A DNA stretch of 63,990 nucleotides, filler included, from Acidimicrobiia bacterium (GTDB lineage: Bacteria > Actinomycetota > Acidimicrobiia > Spongiisociales > CAZKJJ01), in assembly GCA_046759765.1 (NCBI GenBank). It is 13 parts of 13 records of this genome, joined end to end, with 100 filler letters (N's around TTAATTAATTAA, not from the genome) between each part and the next. Parts side by side here need not be neighbours in the genome. Positions count along the whole stretch, not along the records: positions 40,829 to 45,556 come from JBHICV010000169.1; positions 45,657 to 50,377 come from JBHICV010000170.1; positions 50,478 to 55,193 come from JBHICV010000171.1; 10 more parts are not named here. One strand, 5' to 3'. Both the position numbers and the translations under genes were made by a program. Shown here in pieces: positions 44,857-54,069 of the stretch. How positions within the stretch are numbered: position 1 is the stretch's first letter; every line of letters begins with the position of its first letter. The notes beneath the pieces were generated by a model, which saw only the letters and a program-made list of their open reading frames with translations, was not told the origin of the DNA and did not search any database.

Positions 44857-45556
44857 ATGACCTACAGCCGGGAAGCAGCCGACGCCATCCACAACTCGAC
44901 CAAGCACGGGAGTGAGCCGCAGCATCCCGACCGCCTGGTTCCCTACCGGCGATTGGATCCAGCCAATGCACCGGCGCGCTTCAAGGAATACCGCGGTCTT
45001 TCGGTCACCCCACTACCTCGCCGGTTGGTCACATCCAGCCTGCCCGCAACCTCAGTGCTGAGCGGAGAGAAGGGGGAGCCTCCCCCGCAGGGCCTGGACG
45101 CGTCGCTGGTCGCCACGCTCCTGTACTTGTCGGGCGGCGTCACCCGCACCGTTGGGCCATCCGCGAATCCGACTTTCTTTCGATCCGCCATGTCGGCCGG
45201 CAATCTCCATCCCGTGGAGCTGTACGTCGTCACAGGTCCTGACGTCGACGGCATTCCCGCCGGCGTCTATCACTTCGCTCCGCTCCAATTCGGGCTGACG
45301 CAGCTGCGCTCTGGTGACTTTCGCAACGCGCTCTCAGTTGAGACTTCGTTGGCCGTTGTCCTGACCGGACTCGTCTGGCGGACCACCTGGAAATACGGTG
45401 AGCGCGGTTGGCGGCACCTCTACTGGGACGCAGGCACGCTGCTGGCCAACCTGCTGGCCGCGGCTGCCGCTCACGGCCTGAGCCCAAAGATCCTCGTGGG
45501 CTTTGAGGACGAGTCGGTCGCCCGGCTCGTAGGCGTCGACGGGCTCGAGGAAGTGC
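44857..45556 (+). CDS. SagB/ThcOx-like nitroreductase family dehydrogenase (3' truncated)
   Basis: RSAMSAGNLHPVELYV, GVYHF and WKYGERGWRHLYWDAG motifs. Confidence 0.88.
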
Positions 45557-45656
45557 NNNNNNNNNNNNNNNNNNNNNNNNNNNNNNNNNNNNNNNNNNNN
45601 TTAATTAATTAANNNNNNNNNNNNNNNNNNNNNNNNNNNNNNNNNNNNNNNNNNNN

Positions 45657-45806
45657 AGGGGCGAAGATCGACTCGGCCTGCCAGGGCTCCTCGGCTTCCG
45701 CGAAGGCGCGGCCATCGGGCAGCATGATCTGCTCCCGCCTGAACGCTTGGCGGTCCTTCAGGTAGCGCCAAACTTGGGCAGTATCCGTTTTCATCGCCAG
45801 AGCCAC
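45657..45806 (-). CDS. N-terminus of a truncated ORF, weakly resembling a terminase large-subunit start
   Basis: ..FRREQIMLPDGRAF....EPWQAESIF resembles the G.pf.LepWQ adenine-binding motif; only about 50 aa visible. Confidence 0.3.
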
Positions 45807-46288
45807 TCGTCTTCATCCATCCGTTCTGACCACGGCCATCTGCACCGCCATGCCCGCGGGCGTCGAGCCGTCCAGCAAACCATGTTCCGACTTCAGCGAA
45901 GAGCAAAAGACGACCTGCACCAGCCATTCTACACAATACGAACTGGTTCTTAGACTAGAGAAAGTTAAAGTTAGGTGGCGTGGAAGGAGATCTGAGGTGG
46001 GTGTTTCAACCCAGGGCGGAAGACTAGAGGCTAGGCGAGGGGCTCCTGAATTTCCGGTTGGGCACTTCCGGCAAGTACATACTCACTATGCCCAGGTCAC
46101 CTCTTCCCGCAATAACGACTCACCAAGCGTCGCCTTCGAGGCTGCCCGGCGTATGGGAGTTGCGACCGAAGAGCTGTTGAGGAATGCAGGAACGCCGGTC
46201 CGAGATGTTGGAGCTAAGCGGAACCCACTAGCCTTCGCTCCAGCGAGTGGTCGTGGCTACCTCTTCCTGAAAACTGCCTCACACCACA

Positions 46289-46990
46289 TCAGAGCCGGCT
46301 CAGCGCCAGCTCAGCGAGCTCGTCGAGGCCTTCTGGAGTCACCATGGGAGGATGGCCTTCTGATATCGCGGTGTGGAACGAGAGCAGCTTGTCGCCCTTA
46401 ACAAGCACCAGCATGCTCCCGATTCCCTGGGAGTTCATCTCCACTCGGTAGGCCGTGCCGCCGAACGACTCCTCCGGGTCGGGAGGCGCCTTGCTGGAAG
46501 ACCTCATCTTCTCGAAATGGGCGCTCGCCGAAGCGCTTGAATCGAAATCGATGAGAGTAAAGGTCAAACCGTCCGCGCTACTGGGGGACTCGAGCGTCCA
46601 ACCGAACCAGCTTTCAATGCGGGCGACCTGGGCCGGGTCTACGCTCTCGGCCATCTCCCTGAAGTTCCTGTATGAGGTTGCGAGCTGGACTTCGGCTGCA
46701 AGCAGCGGCTCAACGTCCGACAAGGTCAGCAGATACCGGAAGGCCTCCTCAGAGACCGTCAACTCCTCGCTGGACTTGACTGAAGTCACCACAACCGGCT
46801 CCGGTGCGGTCCCGCTGCTGCTCGTGATTGTGACGGAGGCGATGACAAACCACATGGCGAGTCCGGCAGCCACGCTCGCCGCGCTTAAGGCTCGAGCGGC
46901 GACGGCTGTGCTGCCGCGATATGCGACGACACCGCCGACTATAAGCGCTGCGCCGAGTATGACCAGCAAGACTGAAATTACGAAATCCAT
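46289..46990 (-). CDS. Hypothetical membrane-anchored protein
   Basis: Two N-terminal TM segments followed by a soluble domain; GGGAG RBS. Confidence 0.7.
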   Translation of the reverse strand: MDFVISVLLVILGAALIVGGVVAYRGSTAVAARALSAASVAAGLAMWFVIASVTITSSSGTAPEPVVVTSVKSSEELTVSEEAFRYLLTLSDVEPLLAAEVQLATSYRNFREMAESVDPAQVARIESWFGWTLESPSSADGLTFTLIDFDSSASASAHFEKMRSSSKAPPDPEESFGGTAYRVEMNSQGIGSMLVLVKGDKLLSFHTAISEGHPPMVTPEGLDELAELALSRL

Positions 46991-47031
46991 GTCGGCTGCG
47001 AACTCCCTCTAGTGCACTGTCGTGTGCTGGC

Positions 47032-47238
47032 CTATCTACGTCCGAAGGTGTATCCGATGATACCGAGAGCCAACGCAGAGGCGGCCAGGCATGCGGCGGC
47101 GCCGGTGTATTCGTCGCTGAGCGCCGCGTTGAGCGCCAAGACTATCCCAAGGATTGCCACGATCGTTGACCCCCACAACGCGATCCGTCTTGCCGCCGCA
47201 GTCCAGAACTCGCTCGCCTCTGAAGTTTCCGTTCGCAT
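47032..47238 (-). CDS. Small two-TM membrane protein
   Basis: AAAGGA RBS; 68 aa, hydrophobic. Confidence 0.6.
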   Translation of the reverse strand: MRTETSEASEFWTAAARRIALWGSTIVAILGIVLALNAALSDEYTGAAACLAASALALGIIGYTFGRR

Positions 47239-47312
47239 GTGTCATCCTTTCTCCGCGAGCCGATTAGCCGTGACACTCGATCAGGCCTGCGCTATGGCCA
47301 TGCCGAGGTCGC

Positions 47313-47516
47313 TCACCGCTTGGCGTAGTCGATAGCCGCCGAGGCGGCGAATGCCGCCGACCACCAGAGAAGCGGCATTCCGACGATCGCCCCGATGAAC
47401 GGGCCGCTATTGAATCCGCCTCCCTGCAGGCTGAAGTTGTCGACGATCAACTTGGCGATCAGGAAGCTAAGGGCCTCCCAGAGTCCGAATCCAATCCAGA
47501 ACTTCCTGGTAAACAT
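47313..47516 (-). CDS. Small two-TM membrane protein
   Basis: GGGAGG RBS; MFTRKFWIGFGLWEALSFLIAKL... Confidence 0.6.
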   Translation of the reverse strand: MFTRKFWIGFGLWEALSFLIAKLIVDNFSLQGGGFNSGPFIGAIVGMPLLWWSAAFAASAAIDYAKR

Positions 47517-47524
47517 GCCTCCCC

Positions 47525-48139
47525 CTAGCCCTGCGTCCGCTCCGCGGTTATGAAAGGAGGAGTAGTCGACGGAGGCGTTGCGGTAGAGTCCTGTCGTGTT
47601 GAACCTGGGAGCTGCCGAAGCGGGTATATGGCAACGGACCAACCTTCGAAGGGACAGCTGAGCCCGTCGATGACGCCTGAGAAGCATGCACTCATGTCGG
47701 CCAGGTAGCTTTCCCCCTCAGTGAGCACCGGCTCAGGGATGTGGCGTGGCGCCTCTCCAGCTCTGACCCCGGTTGCGACGGCATCGGCCACGTCCCCAAG
47801 AGGAGCTACGTTGTAGACCCTGACCAGGACTTCGTCGCCAACGCCTAGCTGTGGGAAGTCCGCGATTGGAGAGCGGATGTAGTCCCTGAGATCCCGTATC
47901 CTCAAGGTCGCCGTATCATCTTCGACGGACAGGACCGTGACTTCAGCCAAGGCGGTATCGAGGGGCCCGTCCGGTGACGAGGCTGGGCCGACGCGACTAG
48001 CCTCTGCGTCGGATGGCCCCGCGACCGGCTCCTGGGACACTGACCCGGACACTTGCGCTACGGCGCCGCCGCAAGCCGCGCCGATCACCATCATCGCTGC
48101 CAGGCCAAACCCTGCTGCCGGAACCCTCACGCTGTTCAT
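47525..48139 (-). CDS. Hypothetical lipoprotein
   Basis: MNSVRVPAAGFGLAAMMVIGAAC lipobox. Confidence 0.7.
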   Translation of the reverse strand: MNSVRVPAAGFGLAAMMVIGAACGGAVAQVSGSVSQEPVAGPSDAEASRVGPASSPDGPLDTALAEVTVLSVEDDTATLRIRDLRDYIRSPIADFPQLGVGDEVLVRVYNVAPLGDVADAVATGVRAGEAPRHIPEPVLTEGESYLADMSACFSGVIDGLSCPFEGWSVAIYPLRQLPGSTRQDSTATPPSTTPPFITAERTQG

Positions 48140-48162
48140 TTCGCCTCGCTGGTACTGAGGTT

Positions 48163-49101
48163 CTACCCGCCGGCTTCCTGTCTAACCGCCTCGACGAACT
48201 CCGCGCCTGTGAGCTCGGTCCAAAACCCGATCCCATCCGCGAAGGTTACTCTATCGCCATCGACGTCAAGCAGCCCCTCAGGCCCGGACCCGTACGTGCC
48301 GTCAGGGTTCTGCCCCAGCGCGAGCATGTAGTAGCTGTCCGGTGCCGGCAGCTGAACGTGAACCGACGTGACGACGTCGGTCTGCTGAGTCAGGTGACCG
48401 GACATGCGCAGCACGAGGGTGCCGCCGTCTTCGAGTGCCCCGTCACTCTTCAAGACGCCATCGATGCGGACCTCGTAGTCCGTATGCGGCAGGTCACCTA
48501 CCAGCGTCTCTTCCAGTACGAAACTAATGGTGCCCAGCACGATCACGTCGGATTGCGCCACGAGATCCTCTATGCTTTCGGGCCGCGGCACCATCATCCC
48601 CGAGGAGACCACTGAAGAGGGTTTGGGGGGCTCGCTGGAATCCCCCCAACGCGCCCACCTGTCCTTGGTAGTGATCGTTCGGCCGTCCTCGTTGAGGAAA
48701 CTGTTGCCTGGTTCGAACGTATAGACGTGTTCTGTGTCGCCCTTTAACACGTAGACGTTCAGGCTCCCACCCGGAGCCACCCTGTTCGACTCGGTGGTGG
48801 AACCTGCGAGCTCAAAGTCGTCGTCGCCGAATTGCGCCGCCTCAAGGGATTTGTCGTGGTGGTAGATCACCCCCTCGTAGGAGAAGTAAGGCACTGGCGC
48901 GCGGGGCGCGCCACCACCAGTGACCGGGGGACTGACCTCCACGGGCTCGCTCGACGGCGAAGGGCGCTCTTGGGCCTGCGGCGGTTCGGACGCCGGCCCC
49001 GCTTCTGCCGGCTCTTGCGTCACGTCGGCGCCACACGCCAAGCCAGCCACGATCAGCGTCAAGAGTCCGACGCCCAGTACAAGTCCCCTTATCCTGTTCA
49101 T
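48163..49101 (-). CDS. Hypothetical lipoprotein
   Basis: MNRIRGLVLGVGLLTLIVAGLAC lipobox; SIEDLVAQSDVIVLGTI domain. Confidence 0.75.
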   Translation of the reverse strand: MNRIRGLVLGVGLLTLIVAGLACGADVTQEPAEAGPASEPPQAQERPSPSSEPVEVSPPVTGGGAPRAPVPYFSYEGVIYHHDKSLEAAQFGDDDFELAGSTTESNRVAPGGSLNVYVLKGDTEHVYTFEPGNSFLNEDGRTITTKDRWARWGDSSEPPKPSSVVSSGMMVPRPESIEDLVAQSDVIVLGTISFVLEETLVGDLPHTDYEVRIDGVLKSDGALEDGGTLVLRMSGHLTQQTDVVTSVHVQLPAPDSYYMLALGQNPDGTYGSGPEGLLDVDGDRVTFADGIGFWTELTGAEFVEAVRQEAGG

Positions 49102-49134
49102 TTCTTCTCCTTGGCCTCGATCCGGGGTTATCGG

Positions 49135-49719
49135 TTATGGCACGGCTAACCGCTGGTCTGTGCCTACCCACTCTCCGGATATCTGCTGGTACTCGACGGT
49201 GAAGTAGCCACCGCTCATGTAACCCTCGGCTATCTGGGAGTCCTTGCCTGTCGCCAAGGTATTCGCCAACACCACTTCGATGACGGATTCGTCGACACCC
49301 CAGCCGGTACCGACCCAGACCTGTCTCGGCCCTATCCGATCGAAGCTGAGGAACATGAAGTCGCCCTGGTCATCGGCTTGCCGTCGAATCTCTTCGGGAC
49401 CAAGGAGGATCAGGTGCCTCTTGGGGACGTCAGGAACCAGAGAGGCGCTGATATTCTCGGTCGAGAGGACGAAGCTCTCGCCATCCGACGCCGACACTCC
49501 TGCCATGGCCATCTCGCCGTCGATTAGGGCCCGCTCCAAGGTCTGTCGGATCAGCTCCGTTCGATCTTGGTCGGTCAGGGACCGGGAAGACGGCTCATTG
49601 CCGATAGGGGCAGATGGATTTGCGGCCGGCGCCTCGTCGGTGGCACTACCGCACGCTAGACCGACGACGATCAACGTCGCGAGTCCGACGCTCAGTGCTA
49701 GTCCTCTTATCCTGTTCAT
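49135..49719 (-). CDS. Hypothetical lipoprotein
   Basis: MNRIRGLALSVGLATLIVVGLAC lipobox; GGAGAAGGGA RBS. Confidence 0.72.
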   Translation of the reverse strand: MNRIRGLALSVGLATLIVVGLACGSATDEAPAANPSAPIGNEPSSRSLTDQDRTELIRQTLERALIDGEMAMAGVSASDGESFVLSTENISASLVPDVPKRHLILLGPEEIRRQADDQGDFMFLSFDRIGPRQVWVGTGWGVDESVIEVVLANTLATGKDSQIAEGYMSGGYFTVEYQQISGEWVGTDQRLAVP

Positions 49720-49775
49720 TCCCTTCTCCCCTGTGTTGGCATCGGAAAGTGGAATGTGTAACCCACTCGTATACA

Positions 49776-49803
49776 TTGACGAACGACGGCGCCGGAAAGT
49801 TCC
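49776..49803 (-). promoter_or_regulatory. ECF sigma-type promoter upstream of the lipoprotein operon
   Basis: GGAAC-17 nt-CGTCAA on the minus strand. Confidence 0.6.
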
Positions 49804-50304
49804 TTGCCTTCAGGCCTCTTCTCTTAGCAGGACGCTCGTAGCATGGAGGAGCCGGTGTTGGCCCACGGCTTCCCATCGTCCTTCCACCAACCCCCTTCAC
49901 TTTCCTTCGTCTGGTGCACTGCTGTCATGGGCAGGACTGCTGAATCTCGCCTCGGCCGATCACTCGAGCGCATCCTCCCCCTCTCGGATGATCCAGGTGC
50001 GTGCGCCGCACAGCAGAGGACGCCGGAACCAGGTCAGTAACGCGGGTAGCTGGACTTGCTCAAAGGCCAGGTCTGGCAAATTGAGGCCTAGGTGTGATAA
50101 TCGAGCCCCAGGCGCTAGCCACCGCCGAGGGAGATCTCGAAGAAGGATTCCACACTTTGGTGTGGGAAAGTTACGACTGGTGGGCCTGACCGTACAGAAC
50201 ACAGAACCTTTAGCTTCAGCTTTGCGATCACATAGTCTTAGCGTCCTGCATCAACGAGGGCGGCCATAGGCTGGCTCCCGGGGCACTGACTAACTTCCGT
50301 GTTA

Positions 50305-50321
50305 TGGTGGAGACGGGGGAG
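50305..50321 (-). mobile_element. Isolated tmRNA/tRNA 3'-end fragment (att-site duplication)
   Basis: CTCCCCCGTCTCCACCA on the minus strand, with no T-loop or rest of the RNA upstream. Confidence 0.5.
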
Positions 50322-50477
50322 GGAGCCTGTCTCAGAAGTCGGGCGGCGCAGTCCCATCGTGAGGAAGGGGCTAGAATNNNNNNNNNNNNNNNNNNNNNNN
50401 NNNNNNNNNNNNNNNNNNNNNTTAATTAATTAANNNNNNNNNNNNNNNNNNNNNNNNNNNNNNNNNNNNNNNNNNNN

Positions 50478-50810
50478 GATGGCTATTGGCCCGGGCGCAG
50501 TATCAGGATCGAAGCCGAGAGTGGCGGTGTTACCGGCAGTCGAGATGATCACCCACTCTGTAGCGGCGGTGGTCCAGAACCAGCATTGGATCCCGGACTG
50601 GTCGTAGCCCACGTTGGGCCAGAAGTCGACCGCACTGCCGCGCTCGAGCACGAACTCGGCGCGGGAGCCTTCGACGACGCAGACGGTGACTGATTCTTCC
50701 CGTCCAAAGTCATCCACTCGAGTCTCGTTCCAGCAGAGCATCGTCTCGGCCGCATACGCCGTGCTGGAAAGCCAAATGACAAGGACGAACGGAAGTGCCG
50801 CCTTTGTCAC
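50478..50810 (-). CDS. Hypothetical secreted protein (3' truncated)
   Basis: MTKAALPFVLVIWLSSTAYA signal; GTGA overlap with the upstream gene. Confidence 0.6.
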
Positions 50811-51406
50811 GGCGTTGACTCCCGGAGTCTCTTATCACAATCGGGTTCCCACAGGTCCGACGGAGCACTCCATATGGCGGCGGTGCGCAACCCATGGTCG
50901 GGGTCAGGCCAGAGAACCTCGACACTGGTGACAGTCCCGGTCGTTGCAAGGAACGCCGTGGCATCCGCGACATAGTGAACAACGACGCAGTTCTCACGGT
51001 CCATCAGGATCTGAAGCACATCAACCGACAGACCCTGCGAAGTCGGACGCTCGTCAAAGCTCAGGGATTGCATTGCTTCGACACCAGAGTCGTGCAGTGA
51101 CTGAGTAGCGACCGCGTCCCACAGCCTCTCGCTATCTCCGTCGTAGATTGCCTCAAACCACGTCATCAGGTTTCCATGCACAATCGCCGCCACCTCCTCC
51201 TCCCTGTGCTCCAGCGTCGTAGTTGAAGGGGCCGAGCGCTCGGCTGTCGTTGGGGTGGTAGTCGGCGCAGCTGTCGACGGCGCCGCCTGTGCAGTCGTCG
51301 AAACGGGAACTTCTGGCTCGGCTTCCTCGGATGAGAGGACGAGCATCAGCGCGATCGTCAGTGCCAGGACGAGGCCGAACCCGAGGACGAGTCGTGAACT
51401 GGTCAC
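50807..51406 (-). CDS. Hypothetical membrane-anchored protein with a Thr-rich linker
   Basis: N-terminal TM, PSTAAPTTTPTT linker and a C-terminal domain with two Cys. Confidence 0.68.
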   Translation of the reverse strand: MTSSRLVLGFGLVLALTIALMLVLSSEEAEPEVPVSTTAQAAPSTAAPTTTPTTAERSAPSTTTLEHREEEVAAIVHGNLMTWFEAIYDGDSERLWDAVATQSLHDSGVEAMQSLSFDERPTSQGLSVDVLQILMDRENCVVVHYVADATAFLATTGTVTSVEVLWPDPDHGLRTAAIWSAPSDLWEPDCDKRLRESTP

Positions 51407-51587
51407 GGCGTCCCCGGAGCGCCCCAGTAGTGGGGGGGCACGAGTTCCCTGGTTCCCATGCGGTAACCCCGCTGCAAACGTACCACCTGCTCGAGCCGCG
51501 TGGGAGGGCTCTGCATGATCCGATTGCGCGACCCGAGCCGACGGCGGCGACTTTCCCTAGCCTGGTTCGAGGTCGAGAGGAGAGAAG

Positions 51588-51995
51588 ATGGAAGTGGAGA
51601 TCAACTGGCCGGCGGTCCTCGTAGCAGGGATTGCCCTGGTGGCAATCGGTTTCATCTGGTACCTGCCGGCTGTCTTCGGCAAAACCTGGATGACGGAGGT
51701 CGGCCTTACTGAGGAGAAGGCGGCCGAGGGACGGACGCCCGGCGTAATCATCTGGACGATCCTGGCCGCGCTGGCCACTGCCCTGGTCCTGGCGATCGTC
51801 ATCGGGTGGTCGGGTGCCACGAATGCGCTCGAGGGACTGCTGGTCGGGCTGCTCGTCGGAATCGGATTCTTTCTGACCAATAAGAGCGTCGCCGATATGT
51901 ACGAGCAGCGCTCCACTCGCCTCTCGCTGATCACTTCCGGGGGGGATATCGTGAGCATGGCGGTTGCCGGCCTGATCCTCGGCGCGTGGCTGTGA
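51588..51995 (+). CDS. DUF1761 family membrane protein
   Basis: INWPAVLVA..IGFIWY.PAVFGKTWM; four TM segments. Confidence 0.85.
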   Translation: MEVEINWPAVLVAGIALVAIGFIWYLPAVFGKTWMTEVGLTEEKAAEGRTPGVIIWTILAALATALVLAIVIGWSGATNALEGLLVGLLVGIGFFLTNKSVADMYEQRSTRLSLITSGGDIVSMAVAGLILGAWL

Positions 51996-52037
51996 GCTGA
52001 GTCCTTTTAGGGTGGGCTAACCGCTTAGGGCGGCAAA

Positions 52038-53474
52038 GTGGCAGAAGTTGATCCACATCTTTTCGTGATCTTTGGCGCTACCGGCGACCTGGCGCGCAGG
52101 AAGCTCCTTCCGGCCTACTACGAGCTCGTGACCACGCACGGATTCGGGACCAGTGCCCAGCTAATGGGCGTGGGCAGACGGAACATGACCGACGACGAGT
52201 TTCGCGACCTCATCTCACAGTCGCTCGTCGACGTCGGGGTTCCCAGTGACCAGGCCAATGTCTGGTGTGCCGAGTGTGTCCAGTATTGCGGAAGCCAGGA
52301 CGGGTTCCAGTCCGTGTCGGCCCGTATCTCGGAGTTGGAGCAGGCCAAGGATATGCCGGGCAACCGGGTCTTCTACCTCGCCTTGCCGCCGACTGCGTTT
52401 GGCCCAGCCATTGAAAGCCTCGGGAAGGCCGGGCTGGGTACAGGACCGGGTTACACGCGCCTGGTGGTGGAGAAGCCCTTCGGACGGGATCTGGCCTCGG
52501 CTCGGGACCTCAACCGGCTGGTACACCGCTACTTCGAAGAGCCTCAGGTGTATCGCATCGATCACTACCTCGGGAAGGAGACGGTTCAGAATCTGCTCGT
52601 GTTCCGCTTCGCCAATTCCCTCTTTGAGTCTTCTTGGAATCGCGACCGGGTGGACCACGTGGACATCACCGTCGCTGAGACCATCGGGGTCGAGGCGCGG
52701 TCGGCCTACTACGACGGCGTCGGGGCGCTGCGGGACATGATCCAGAACCATCTCACTCAGATCATGACTCTGGTAGCGATGGAGCCGCCGGCGACGTGGC
52801 ATCCGGACGCGATCCGGAACGAGAAGGTGAAGGTCCTGCGCTCTATCGAGGAGGTCCTACCGGGGGAGGTCGCCTTCGGACAGTACGAGGCGGGCAAGGT
52901 TGACGGCGAGATGGTGACGGCGTACCGAGAGGAGCATGGAGTCCCCCCGGACTCGTCCACCGAGACGGCGGTGATAGCTCGTATCAACGTCGACAATTGG
53001 CGCTGGCAAGGGGTGCCCTTCTTTCTCCGGACGGGCAAGCGCTTCCCGAAGACGCTCACACGGATCGTCGTCACCTTCCGTCAGCCGCCGGTGTTCCTGT
53101 TCGAGCGTGGCGGAGTAGCCAGGATGCACTCCAACCGGCTGGTGATCACCCTCCAGCCCAACGAGGGTTTCGAGCTGCTCTTCGACGTGAAAGCACCTGA
53201 GGCGCCCCTCCATCTGGAGACCCTGCCCTTGTCGTTCTCCTATGGCGACGCGTTCGGACATCTCCCAGATGCCTACGAGACTCTGCTGCTCGATGTTCTG
53301 AATGGAGACCAGACACTGTTCGTCCGATCTGACGAGGTCGAGGAGTCGTGGCGGCTGTATGACCCGCTGCTCGCCGGCGGCCCCAAGCTCTTTCCGTACG
53401 AGGCCGGAACGTGGGGGCCGGTCGAGGCCTACGACCTCGTGGGAAAGCCGCAGCCACACTGGCTGGTCGACTGA
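52038..53474 (+). CDS. zwf: Glucose-6-phosphate 1-dehydrogenase
   Basis: GATGDLA, EKPFG, RIDHYLGKE, RDMIQNH and WRWQGVPFFLRTGK. Confidence 0.98.
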   Translation: MAEVDPHLFVIFGATGDLARRKLLPAYYELVTTHGFGTSAQLMGVGRRNMTDDEFRDLISQSLVDVGVPSDQANVWCAECVQYCGSQDGFQSVSARISELEQAKDMPGNRVFYLALPPTAFGPAIESLGKAGLGTGPGYTRLVVEKPFGRDLASARDLNRLVHRYFEEPQVYRIDHYLGKETVQNLLVFRFANSLFESSWNRDRVDHVDITVAETIGVEARSAYYDGVGALRDMIQNHLTQIMTLVAMEPPATWHPDAIRNEKVKVLRSIEEVLPGEVAFGQYEAGKVDGEMVTAYREEHGVPPDSSTETAVIARINVDNWRWQGVPFFLRTGKRFPKTLTRIVVTFRQPPVFLFERGGVARMHSNRLVITLQPNEGFELLFDVKAPEAPLHLETLPLSFSYGDAFGHLPDAYETLLLDVLNGDQTLFVRSDEVEESWRLYDPLLAGGPKLFPYEAGTWGPVEAYDLVGKPQPHWLVD

Positions 53475-53477
53475 CCT

Positions 53478-53514
53478 AAATACCTTGACGCATCGTTTGG
53501 CGTCTGGGTACTGT
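53478..53514 (+). promoter_or_regulatory. whiB7-type promoter: A-rich box, -35 and -10
   Basis: AAATA-cc-TTGACG-18 nt-TACTGT. Confidence 0.6.
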
Positions 53515-53525
53515 GTCGCTCTCTG

Positions 53526-53630
53526 ATGAAGGACTGTGTGATGCGCATGTGCCCGACGACAGTCGCCGTACAGTCGGGGTTTAGCGCCCCGGCAAATGGC
53601 GGTGTGCCCGCGCGGTCCTCCTTAGGCTGA
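53526..53630 (+). CDS. Leader peptide (uORF) of the whiB7/wblC attenuator
   Basis: MKDCVMRMCPTTVAVQSGFSAPANGGVPARSSLG*; contains GGTGTGCC, complementary to the terminator. Confidence 0.6.
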   Translation: MKDCVMRMCPTTVAVQSGFSAPANGGVPARSSLG

Positions 53631-53660
53631 CTCTCCAACTCACACAGCACCTCTAAGACG

Positions 53661-53686
53661 GCCGCCGGCACACCCGGCGGCTTTCT
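53661..53686 (+). terminator. Intrinsic terminator / attenuator in the whiB7 leader
   Basis: GCCGCCGG-CACAC-CCGGCGGC-TTTCT. Confidence 0.75.
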
Positions 53687-53731
53687 GAGTTCCGCCGTAA
53701 CCGCACTCATCGGATCGGAAAGAGGTGTCAC

Positions 53732-54034
53732 GTGAACGAGATATATGAACAGGGGAGCTGTGTGGGGTCGGGTAAGAACGAGCTGTTCTTCTCGGACCGG
53801 CCGCAGGACCTAGCCGAGGCCCAGGCCATTTGCAGCGGGTGCCCGGTGCAGCTGCCCTGCCTGGAGCAAGCGCTCAGCAACGAAGAGGGATGGGGCGTCT
53901 GGGGAGGAGTGATCTTCTGGGAAGGTCAGCCTTACTATCGGCGGCGGAGTCGCGGGCGACCGAAGCAGGCAGAGCGATCCCTTCCACTAGAGGCGAATCC
54001 GGCGGAGCTGTGGCAGCTCGTTCGGTCGGCTTGA
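53732..54034 (+). CDS. whiB7: WhiB family regulator, WhiB7/WblC type
   Basis: Four Cys (C..C-SG-C-PVQLP-C), GVWGG turn and C-terminal AT-hook RRRSRGRPK. Confidence 0.8.
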   Translation: MNEIYEQGSCVGSGKNELFFSDRPQDLAEAQAICSGCPVQLPCLEQALSNEEGWGVWGGVIFWEGQPYYRRRSRGRPKQAERSLPLEANPAELWQLVRSA

Positions 54035-54069
54035 GACCGTGACGGTGCCGACGAGACCGCCCTGAGGCT

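Noticed and set aside
44857..45556. RiPP (azole) biosynthetic cluster around the SagB-like gene
   Set aside because: No YcaO, precursor peptide or transporter is visible; the contig is truncated and stand-alone SagB-like genes are common.
49843..50269. ORFs upstream of the lipoprotein operon
   Set aside because: Lower-GC sequence with no family motif; the candidate frames are unconvincing.
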